A DNA stretch of 60,743 nt, filler included, from Nemertoderma westbladi (taxonomy: Eukaryota; Animalia; Xenacoelomorpha): NCBI GenBank assembly GCA_032718475.1. It is 3 parts of 3 records of this genome, joined end to end, with 100 filler letters (N's around TTAATTAATTAA, not from the genome) between each part and the next. Parts side by side here need not be neighbours in the genome. Positions count along the whole stretch, not along the records: positions 21,937 to 50,731 come from JAUCBJ010002222.1; 2 more parts are not named here. One strand, 5' to 3'. Numbering within the stretch: the first letter of the stretch is position 1; the number at the start of each line of letters is the position of its first letter. The notes under the pieces were generated by a model, which was not told the DNA's origin, ran no database searches, and saw only the letters and a list, made by a program, of their open reading frames with translations. Positions 35,652 to 46,840 of this stretch are shown piece by piece. Made by a program: the position numbers and the translations under genes.

Positions 35652-37102
35652 AAATGTCAATTCAAAATGAAATGAAAACAAATAAGTTGGTGCCAGTTCC
35701 CAAGAAGGGGGTTGAAGTGTTAGGGTTCCCCCTAACACTCTATGGTTCTTTTCGGGGAAACTCATTGATCTCGATTGCTGCTAAGCTATACAATAGGATT
35801 CTATTAAATCGCATCAGGGATCCCATTGAGAGACTGCTCCGTGGAAATCAGAATGGGTTCCGTAAAGGTCGTGGGACCATGGAGCCCATTTTGGCACTTA
35901 GAAGGATAATTGAAGAATTATATCAAAAAAGAAAGACAGGCATCTATCTGGCTGTTATCTTTGTTGACTTCTTCAAGGCTTTTGATTCAGTCTCTCGCTC
36001 ACGTATGTTCAGCATACTTTCATTATATGGGATTCCTGATGAAATCATTGCAGCAATTAGATCAGTATACGATGGTTCGACAACATTTGTGTCTGCTGTT
36101 GACGGTAACACAGAACCATTTGAAGTGTTATGGGGCGTCCTCCAAGGAGAAACACTTGCACCATTCATGTTCATTATTATGGTTGACTATGTTCTACGCA
36201 TGTCCTTAGATCATCATAATGATGATGGGGTGATGATAACTCCACCTACTGGCTCCAGAAGTCGAGGAAATCCTGCCAAGTACCTAACTGATCTAGACTT
36301 TGCTGATGACTTAGGAGTACTCTCAGAATCATTAGAGGGAGCCCAACGGCTCCTCAGCTCATTAGAACATGCTGCTTCTAGTGTTGGTCTTTTTATTAAC
36401 TACAGAAAGACCAAAATTCTGACAGTTAACTTTGAAAGTCCTCAGCAAGTCTCTGATCGGATAATCATAAGCTCAAAGGATGGTATGCTTGAGCATGTGG
36501 ACGACTTCTGTTACCTGGGATCATGGTTCCGGAAGTCAGGTGAGGACCTTCGAATACGTAAGGGAAAGGCATGGGCAGCCTTGAATAGGCTTTCCAGGAT
36601 TTGGAAGTCACCGAGAATTAATCGGAAACTTAAGGTCCGATTATTTAGGCTCCTCTACGGGAGTCCATGCTGGGCTCTAACTGCTGAGGACACCAAATCT
36701 CTGGATGGCACATTCACTAGAATGCTACGGCGGGTTCATTGTGTCAAGTACAATGCACACATCTCCAACCAGACACTATATAACATTGGAGGTGTCTCAT
36801 TGGTTCCCCCAAGCTTGACACTAGAACAAAATCGCCTCCGCTTTGCGGGACATTGCTTTCGCCGTGAGGACCAGCCAGTGCATAATCTTGTACTTTGGCA
36901 GCCCCATGGAGTGAATAAGCATGGTGGACAGCCCATGACTTTCTTGAGACGCATCTTAATGGACACTGGCCTTAAAGATGCGGATGATCTAGCAAATGTC
37001 ATGGGTGATAGGGAGTTGTGGCGGTGCAATTTTGTTGACAAGCCGGCACAGCATTCTTAAAAATGCAGCTGCAATGCAGCATGCCGATCGTAGTAGTAGT
37101 AG
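35652..37102 (+). mobile_element. 5'-truncated RTE-clade LINE (family A) with open RT frame 35654-37060
   Basis: LVPVPKKG, AAKLYNRILLNRI, QNGFR, FVDFFKAFDSV, GVLQGETLAP, DFADD. (TAG)4 tail. Probable TSD CAATTTGT (35644-35651, 37103-37110). Confidence 0.92.
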
Positions 37103-37944
37103 CAATTTGTCACAAATTTATCCCTCCCCCCCCCCCGCCCCCATGTTCCAAATATCATCTGCACTTGGGCCCTGGGGGTCAACCACTTGGAGCCTTGGGG
37201 TTCCAACAACGAGGATCTGAGGAAATCATAGGGTGGAGACCGTTAGATAGATATTGAGCTACTATCCACCGACTGTATCAACTAGCCGTTGTAACAGACT
37301 CCACATTATTAAGACCGCGGATTGAACTACGCAATTAAACCCAACACATAACTTCCTACACCAGTGAAACAGTCAAGGATGTAATGCAATGATGCTGCGA
37401 CAGTGACGTATAAACGGCAGCGACGTGGAGCTGTAAATGGCGCACACAGAATTATATCGCCACGTTGCAGCCATAATGTAACCGCTCGCTCTATTGGAGC
37501 TACAGTATTGTTTGCTGCTTTCAGCTCAATATCCCACGTGTCTTTGTTTTATGGAAAACACAAATGCCGGCCGATACAGCTGGTTTTTGTCGGCTACCCT
37601 CCCCCCCCCCCCTCCCTCATAGTATTACAGTGAGAACAGCTGGACTCCACTAGCCTGGCTGTGATTGTATTAAATACCATTTATTTTGTGCAGTAAATGA
37701 ATGTAATGCTCTGGATGTAATATATATTATTATTAGTTCTTCTAATAATTCCTAATAATTATAATAAGTTCTAGTAATAATTATTATTAATTGTTCTAAT
37801 TTATTGCTCTAAGGATGTACTGATATATTTGTATGCCTATACAACTTGAATGAATGAAGAAATTTTACAATAATGTATAGAGCCTAATACTTAAATAAAT
37901 ATAACACAATGAAAAATCATTGATAAATAATAATATGTTTTTAA

Positions 37945-39290
37945 CCCTTTCCACCCTACCGTATACATTTGTATACATTACTTTATGATTTGCTATAACA
38001 ACATCAATTATTCTTCGAATCTTCTAATTTTACTTTGATTAATATCTTTTTAGACAGTTTTGAAGCCCCTATGTAAGATACTTTGCTTAGGAAAGGCGCC
38101 ACTTAACCAGAGCAGGCCTTGACACAAAGTACAAATTACAGAACTATGACATATTGATATAAGGGAAAAAATTATTATTTACATATAAATTGAATGTCCA
38201 ATCACATGTTTTTCAAACAGGTTCTCTGGGGCGCTGAATCCATTGGAAAGTATTTAAAAATTGTGTGATTACTATAAGTGGCAGCTATAGTCCTCTATGT
38301 AGGAAAAAAATGAAAAAAAACAAGTAAACCAGCACTTATAAGTTTTAACACAAATTTTGGTGCAGTACCAAATTTCGTACTCATCACCAAAAAGTACAAG
38401 TTTGAGATGTCCAGCGCTGTTTTTATTGATTCCATCGGATTTATGACTCTCGAAAACAAGATGAAACAAGATGAAACTATCTATTGATAAAATTGCTTAT
38501 TTTCAAAAATTTGGTGCTGGCACAACAATTTTCACCAACCCGCAATACATGCTTGAAAACTCTTATGCAGTTTTTTCTTATTCCATTGAATTTAGAACCC
38601 TCACAAACCTGTGTGACACAATGTGACACAATCAAATGATATATTTGATGAAGCCACTTCCGAAAAATACAAGTTTGAGATATCTAGTTAGAGAATTATT
38701 TATTCCATTGAATTCAGAACCGCTATAAACCTCTAAAACGCGAGAAATAAGTTGTAACAAGCAATTGAACTATTGAATGGATTTTCAAAATTTCGTGCTG
38801 GCACCAAAATTTGCCACCCTCCGAAAAAACGCAACTTTGAAAATTCAAGCTCATTTTATATGAATTCCATCTAATGTAATTTTCAATAAACGTCTAAAAA
38901 ATGCCAAAAGTACGGTTAAAAAATGGTGCGATAACTCGAAAACTTACCAATATCTTTAAAAACAGTTTTTACTATTTCAGGAAGATTTTAGTAAAAGCCA
39001 TAAAATTTCAGATAAAAACAACTATATACTACGTCACGAGCCGACTTAGTGACATGTTATATTGTACACAGTCTGGCATTCCGTAAATAATATATTATTT
39101 TTAATTTTTAAAAATTTAATTCTTATTATTATAATATTATAATATTATTTTTTATTTTTAACTTTTTTATTTTTTTTTCTAATTAGTTAGTATAATTTTG
39201 TTTCTAATTAGTAGTAAATTCTAATTTAGTACAGAAATGCATTTGAAATATTTTTTTTTTGGTATCGAACGTAATTCAGGGTGGAAAGGG
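37945..39290. mobile_element. piggyBac-like MITE
   Basis: TTAA|CCCTTTCCACCCT ... AGGGTGGAAAGGG (13-bp TIR). Right TTAA degenerate; no ORF. Confidence 0.6.
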
Positions 39291-39628
39291 ACTAATAACG
39301 TTACTAGTGTAGACCTACTGTATAACTATAGATAAACTTTCTATATAATTTTCACAGTACAGTATTTTCGAAATTATATGTGATATTGTTTTATTTCACA
39401 TCAACTTCTCAAGCAATCTTCTTCTTATTGGCCTCGTCTCATTAATATTCAAAGTAAATCACAAAGAATTTACTATGTAGCGGTCCACCTAAAAATATAA
39501 ATATTGTGGTTATATTTAATTGTATTTAATGTGTTTTACGTTGGCCTACTATTACATTTGTGTACTGGTACAACCTATAAACAGCTACTCTAATATTTTT
39601 CTACAGTAAAGAGATTGAACATGAACAT

Positions 39629-42444
39629 TAGGGTGTTACAAAAATCACTTTTTTGCCCCAATTGCTTGGAAACTTCGACATGTTTTGCCATTTTAATGTA
39701 GAAGTACAATGCAAAAAACCGCTTTGAAAAATATTTAGTGGAAGAAGTGTCACACGAGTCACAAAATCTGAGAAATTTAACAAAATATAGCAGTTTTAAT
39801 TTACCGATAAATCTAGCGATAGATGATTGCAATGATCTGAAACTCATGTTATGTAATGCATTTATGATGGGCTTTCCAATAACGTTTTTGGCATTGTGAA
39901 ATTGACAAGATCAGATGTGTCACATTGAGTTTGAAAAATTGAATTTTTTTAAAAAATCTAAGAAATTTAACAAAATATAGCAGTTTTAATTTACTGCTAA
40001 ATCTAGCGATAGATGATTGCAATGATCTGAAACTCATGTTATGTAATGCATTTATCATGGGCTTTCCAATAACGTTTTTGGCAATGTGAAATTGACAAGA
40101 TCAGATGTGTCACATTGAGTTTGAAAACTTAACTAATTCTATATGGGAATGTGCTGGTCCCCCCTGAGTTAGTTCAACTATTACTGACGTGGCCATCTTT
40201 ACATTGCCGCGATACACAGTAACTAACCTGTCATAAGCCCCCTCAGAGGCATTGTCATCACCTATAAACGTACTTACCAATTCCTTCAGTTGACCTCTCA
40301 ACTGTTGGTATAAGTAGTTGAATTTCTCAGTCGGTGAGAAATCCTGTTGAGCGACATTAGTCTTGATATAGTTGATGAAGGTTCTCCAATGTTTAGATAA
40401 ACCAGTGAAGTGCGGAGGATGTAATGGTGGAAGACTGTGTCTCGGACTGAACTTAGAAAACTCCACTGTGATTGAGTTGACCATAGTATTGTCTTCCCTT
40501 CCTACCCGTTGATGGACATAAGTTGGAATCGGTTCCAACTGATGAGTAGGATAACTTACCTGTGGACGAGTACGCGAATTCGTCCTGTGATAGGCTACCT
40601 TCTCACTGACTGGTGATCTATAGTCAGTCTCAAACTCTGAGTCTGCCTGAATATTTATAACTGGGCATTCTTGCCATTGTGGTGGTTTAAACTTGGGATG
40701 GTCTTCAGGACATTGGTACTGTTGTTCCTGTACTCTAAGCTTTTCATTCTCATGTTGAGCTCGTTCTACATTGTCATTGACCTCAGGGATATTACACCTA
40801 ACATGGTCGAACTCCTTATCCACCTGCACTTTGACCATGACGTACTGAATTCTTTGCTGCACTTCTTGCACAACACCACATAGTGACAGTTTGAACTTGT
40901 TCCTGCACCTGTTGGACGGACTTGTGACTGAATATGTTGGACTTTACCTTTTTCTATGGATGACTTCATCCCACACATCCTTATTACCTTCCCTAATTGC
41001 TAAATTTAATTGATACATATGGATGTTGGGCTTACCTGGAGTAGGACTTGGATTAAACCGCTCACTGTCTCGAGCTCCATCCCACTCGGCTTGATCGCCT
41101 TCGTTAGTCACAAATCTTTATCGAGACTCTACTTGAGGTCGTATGGGATTCAAGACAAAGGGTGTTACCTGAAGTGTGGTTGGTTCTACTTGGTGTCTAG
41201 GTTCGGGCTCATGGCAACCTCCGGGGTGACTTACCTGGTTTCCAGGAGTCCCTGCATCAACTGGGTCCACCCAATCCTTGGCAACCAGTCTATAGATTTA
41301 TTGCGCATAATGTTGATGTGCTTCTATGGTGTCGGCTCCATGTATCTCGTTGAAACGCACAATCGATGGTTCAGGCTGCTGATTAGTGACTCAGCGCCGT
41401 CATTGTTTAGCAGGGATTGAGCCTGCTCGAGTTCTTGAGCAGTCCGTTGCTGTCGATCCTCCAATTCATAGGCCTTCTGTTGCGATTTGGCCGCAGCCAA
41501 CTGTCTTTGTTGTTCTAGAATTTATGCCTCCTTGTGTTGTTCCATCTCGAGTTTCTTCCTGGTGATGTCGCGTTGATGAGGCAAATGTTTGTTCTCTTCA
41601 TTGACTGCTCACATTGAGTCGGGCTTACCGACTGCCTTCCAGCCTACCGATTTTAGCAGTCTTCCGACATTGGCAGTTTTCCATCCAAAAATTGGTAGTA
41701 GGCCTACCGGATCGGTTTAACTGTACGAATTTAACAAAATCACCTATTATTAAATTTGTAATTTTAAAATATATGTAATTGTGGAAATGCTGCAATTTAA
41801 TATTATTGTACTGTTGTTGTTGTAGTAACACACCTTACTGCCCTACTTCAGTACTATGTTGCATGGCCTTTATGAATGAAGCAAAACAAAAGGGTCATGG
41901 AGTAACTTAGTAGTAGATGAAGTAGTAGTGTAGAAGTACATACAGTAGTACTGGTAAGGAGAGGAACACACTCAGTTTTCATACATTTTGATCTTCAATT
42001 TTGAAATTGTAGAAATGATAAATGCATTACATAACATGAGTTTCAGATCATTGCAATCATCTATCGCTAGATTTATCAGTAAATTAAAACTGCTATATTT
42101 TGTTAAATTTCTTAGATTTTTTAAAAAAATTCAATTTTTCAAACTCAATGTGACACATCTGATCTTGTCAATTTCACAATGCCAAAAACGTTATTGGAAA
42201 GCCCATCATAAATGCATTACATAACATGAGTTTCAGACCATTGCAATCATCTATCGCTAGATTTATCTGTAAATTAAAACTGCTATATTTTGTTAAATTT
42301 CTCAGATTTTGTGACTCGTGTGACACCTCTTCCACTAAATATTTTTCAAAACGGTTTTTTGCATTCTACTTCTACATTAAAATGGCAAAACATGTCGACG
42401 TTTCCAAGCAATTGGGGCAAAAAAGTGATTTTTGTAACACCCTA
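39629..42444. mobile_element. Foldback hAT-like element: 430-bp inverted arms, 8-bp TSD, enclosing a BEL gag fragment
   Basis: TAGGG...CCCTA ends; TSD ATGAACAT (39621-39628, 42445-42452). Arms 39629-40058 and 42015-42444 contain a 189-bp repeat unit. Confidence 0.9.
40110..41620 (-). pseudogene. gag: Fragment of a different BEL/Pao gag (coiled coil plus DUF1759-like region)
   Basis: SLPPLHPPHFTGLSKHWRTF...EKFNYLYQQLRGQLKELV...AYDRL parallels the gag at 27731-31708. Stops upstream. Confidence 0.75.
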
Positions 42445-42768
42445 ATGAACATGTAGGCCTACTGTGTACAGTACATACCGTACAGTCATACCGGTAACGA
42501 CTGAATCACGGTAACAGCTGACACAAGCTGCCAAGCCTGAAGGATTCATGGTCCTACTTATATCAGAATAAAAACAATAATACTGTCAGACTTTACCGGC
42601 ACCATTATATTACAGTATTCTGGTATTACCAGACTGCAGTACTAATGTTTTCATTTAAGCTAATTCATTTATTTTTTTTTATTCACACAACAGACATTAC
42701 AATAATAGTGTTAAAATTGTTTTTTTTTAATTGACGCCTCCATAATAGGCAAGTTTATTTGCTTTTAA

Positions 42769-43424
42769 GGGGGGGGGGGGGGGGGGGGGGGGTAAAAATG
42801 TTTTCCTCAAATGCTCTGGAGCCTATTTAGAACAAAAAGGCCCAAAAAGGAGCCTTTTTTTATTTTTTGGGCCTTTTTGATATAAAAAGGCTCCAGGGCA
42901 TTTCCAACCAAATTTGTTCAGAAGAAGTATGGGGAAAGGTATTCTGAAGTGAACCAAATTTTAACTCATTTCAGTTCAAATTGGCGGAAAATAGCCTTTT
43001 TCATGAAAAAACGTCATTATGATATATGTGTGATTAAAGTTTAAGGAACAATTGAAACATTCCCGCTAATTTAGATAATACCATTTTTCTATGTTCAGCA
43101 TTAACTTTTTCAAAAATGAATGAAATTCGACGAAATTTTTCATGTTTGATAAACAGATAACTAGTAAAACAACGTTTTATCAATTTTATTCATATCTGTA
43201 ACATGAGAGACTTTTTATGAAAAGGGCCCCATACAATTCTAAAATATAGTGCTGCTCGAAGGCTTGTCAAAAATCAGACGTTTTGGGTAATAACATGAGT
43301 TTGAGAAAAGGTATGAGAAAACGGCTTGTAGATTTGAAATCTCCATTAAATTCGGCACATAATCATGATAGAATAAAAAATGTTTTTTTTTGTCAATTTC
43401 CAGAATAGAGGGGTTCTACCCCCC
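42769..43424. mobile_element. Kolobok-like MITE
   Basis: TTAA|GGG...GGTAAAA ... TTCTACCCCCC|TTAA: TTAA TSD with purine 5' end. The right end recurs at 44105-44186. Confidence 0.6.
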
Positions 43425-43567
43425 TTAATATATATTAAAATAAAATAACGTGTTACAATATAATATAATATACAGTATATAAAAATGTTATAGATTGAAA
43501 GTTAACTGGTATAGATTAAAATAATTTAAAAGGTTGGATAAAGAATCACGGATCACGGATCCGAAAG

Positions 43568-44104
43568 ATCACGGCGTAAGCAATGTCCTTCAAAGCGGAG
43601 GCGATTTTGTTCTAGTGTCAAGCTTGGGGGAACCAATGAGACACCTCCAATGTTATATAGTGTCTGGTTGGAGATGTGTGCATTGTACTTGACACAATGA
43701 ACCCGGCGTAGCATTCTTGTGAATGTGCCATCCAGAGATTTGGCGTCCTCAGCATTTAGAGCCCAGCATGGACTCCTATAGAGGAGTACTGGAACTACTG
43801 CTGCTCTAAATAATCGGACCTTAAGTTTCCGATTAATTCTCGGTGACTTCCAAATCCTGGAAAGCCTATTCAATGCTGCCCATGCCTTTCCCTTACGTAT
43901 TCGAAGGTCCTCACCTGACTTCCGGATCCATGATCCCAGGTAACAGAAGTCGTCCACATGCTCAAGCATACCATCTTTTGAGCTTATGCTCATCCGATCA
44001 GGGACTTGCTGAAGACTTTCAAAGTTAACTGTCAGAATTTTGGTCTTTCTGGAGTTAATAAAAAGACCAACACTAGAAGCAGCATGTTCTAATGAGCTGA
44101 GGAG
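43568..44104 (-). mobile_element. Internal RTE family A fragment
   Basis: LLSSLEHAASSVGL...RLRFEGHCLR, near-identical to about 15494-16030. Confidence 0.9.
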
Positions 44105-44559
44105 TCCATTAAATTCGGCACATGATAATGATAGAATAAAAAACGTTTTTTTTGTCAATTTCCAGAATAGAGGGGTTCTACCCCCCTTAATTATTACATG
44201 ACGGTTTCACTGACAGGGTTGACACCAAGAATTAGATTGGAAGGCAGGACCCGCGAAGTAATTTATTTTCAGAAAATTAACTTCCCGTTTTTCTCTGTAA
44301 ATTCTGTAATGTTCTAAAACGTTACTGTTTATTATATTCGGATATTTTAAGAATATATCTTCTATTAATGTTTTATTATTTGTCAGTTGGAGAGTTAACG
44401 TTGATGATGAGATTCTTGGAAGCGATGAAGCCGTATTAGGAAAGTAAACTTGATCTTATCGAGTTCTTTCAAGATAGTCATAGTGTTGAGCTACTTCAGG
44501 CAGAGCGTATGATAAAGCTGGTAGGATTTTCATGTCAAATATATACATAACTTAACTTT

Positions 44560-45420
44560 TTTCCATGTTTAAGTCCAATTCCAAACTGAGATCTTATTTT
44601 AAACAAAAGAATATCTCTATTACCTACACCAAAAGTATTTTAAAGTCAATAAATGCGGCATACAGGTGTAGAGTTTTGATTGGTCAAGCTAAGCTATTAT
44701 TGATATATGTAACAAATTTTTTATCGCTTGTTGAGTTGACCTACCAGTAATAAAACCCTATTGTTCGGCTAGTATTAAGTGTCTTATATTCATCATAATT
44801 CTGGCATTATTTATCATGGATGTTAATATCTTCAACAGAACACATATCATAGCTATGCCACGACGGTAGTTGTTGGGGTCAATTATGCTTCCCTTCCCTT
44901 TACAGAGGATCTTGATAATGCTCTTTTTTTCAAACAAGTGGAATGCATCGGAGCTTTAAACAGGTGATAAAAAGAGAATAAAAGTAGAGTGATACTTAAT
45001 GCTAAAGCCTGATTAAATACTCGTAGAAGATACCGTCTGCTCCACACGCTTTCCCGCTAGACACTTTATTTACTGCCTCAGTAACTTCTGATTTCTTGAA
45101 TGGTTGATTGTACCACGATTCTACGTCATCGTTTTCTGATACCTGAGCATCAGTTGGTATGTCTGAATTATCACGAATATGACTTTATCAAAGTGTGACT
45201 CTAATTTATTGAGTTCTATTAGCGCTATATATGCCGGCTTTCGATTTCTCCATAATGACCGAGAGAAAGCCGCCCCAATATTAGATTATTACAACAACAT
45301 ATCCATTGGGTAAGAAAGTGGAGGAGAGCCAGCCCGTCTCTTAATTTTTTACTTTATATTACGCGATCAATTTTCACTCATCTCGTCATGAACCCAACAT
45401 GTATGTAACCTTTTGTTAAA
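44560..45420 (-). pseudogene. Old, heavily degraded non-LTR retrotransposon RT fragment (not in the ORF track)
   Basis: Manual translation across stops and frameshifts: NQPFKKSEVTEAVNKVSSGKACGADGIFYEYL...KGKGSIIDPNNYR.GIAMICVLLKILTSMINN...EQ*GFITGRST. Confidence 0.75.
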
Positions 45421-46767
45421 TTTGTTGGCTATGCGTTTGCGGTTGTTTGGGCGGAGTGTGGTAGGCCTACACTTTTCACACTTAAATATTTTGGTTGTGA
45501 AATGTTACAGGGCATAGCGTTCTGAGATATTTCATTTATATTTTATTATGAGAGGAAGAAGAACATACAACGTTATTTACTATATATGTAACAAAATAAT
45601 TGTTTTCGGGTTTAACTTGGAAGCCTCCCCAAATAGTTGATATACAATTATATTTAAAATTATTTCCATGGTCATGGTCATTCACCCGTCTTTGTTAGAA
45701 ATTTGTTTGCATGAAAGACAGTTTAGTTTAGTTTTTAGTGATTTATTATCTCTTATCTGACTGGGGTAATAATAAAGGATAGGATAAATGGAAGCAAAGT
45801 GTGACAGTAACAATTATTTCCCTGAGAACCGAGCATGTCTTAAGTATACGATATCTAAAAGGGGGAAGTTTGGATTCACTGCATAAATGCAGTTCACCAA
45901 ACTTCCCCCGAATGCACACTGTTAACTTCCCCCTTCCCACAAATATCCACTGTTGAATTAATTTGAAGCGATATAATAAGTACAAAATTGTGCGAGTTTT
46001 TAATTGTGTGGTCCAATTGTTATTTGATTTCTATTTATTATTTAAAGTGCATTTAATATCACACTGGTTTTTAGAATATTATACTATACAACCTTATGTT
46101 TTATTAATTTACCCAATCGAAGCCTCATAAGGGCCGGTTATTTGTACGCATATCCCCTAATGCGCTCAGTAAGGTTCAAAAAACATATTAATATGAAAAT
46201 AAAGTATCTGCAAAGAAAAGAACCCAATACTATATAATTTGACCTTATTAAAAAATTTGCACTTTTGCACACTTATTTGTACAAATGCACTTTAGTAGAT
46301 CGTAATGGTGGCTCTTATTTAACAAACTTATGTTTATCCTCTACCGATCTACGATGGTGTATGATCAAGTGTCAGTCGCTAAAAGTGTCAAAAAACCAAT
46401 TTAATAAATCTGGATTTGCGATTTTGGACCATATTCATGGACATTTTTAAGTCACTTTATAGACATAAAAAGTTAAACAAATGTTACGATTATAGTTAGA
46501 AAACATTCCAAACTACATTTTAATCCAAAAAATAACATTCTACGATGAATAGAACTGGAAATAATAGTGTTTGAAATATCGAAAAAATGTTCACTATTTA
46601 AGTGAATTTTGCACTAAGTGCACTTAAGTCTTTTCCCAAGTTGTATCCTATTTCACACACTACAATCTATCCTCTATCCAATGAAAAAAGTTTCAGGTTA
46701 AACGGCCCTGTAGAACCGAAGTTATTTATGTTTAAAAATAGTCACTCGAAAATTTCAAATTCTCTTG

Positions 46768-46840
46768 GTCACATAGTCTAGTGGTTATCAATCACGTTAA
46801 TGAAACCTAAGTTCGCGGGTTCGAAATCCAATATTGACCT
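46768..46840 (+). pseudogene. Degenerate tRNA-like sequence
   Basis: GGTCA...TGACC ends, TAGTCTAGTGG A box, GGTTCGAAATCC B-box-like; anticodon arm broken. Confidence 0.4.

Noticed and set aside
39590-42456. Paired MSFRSLQSSIARF ORFs on both strands
   Set aside because: By-products of the inverted arms of the foldback element.
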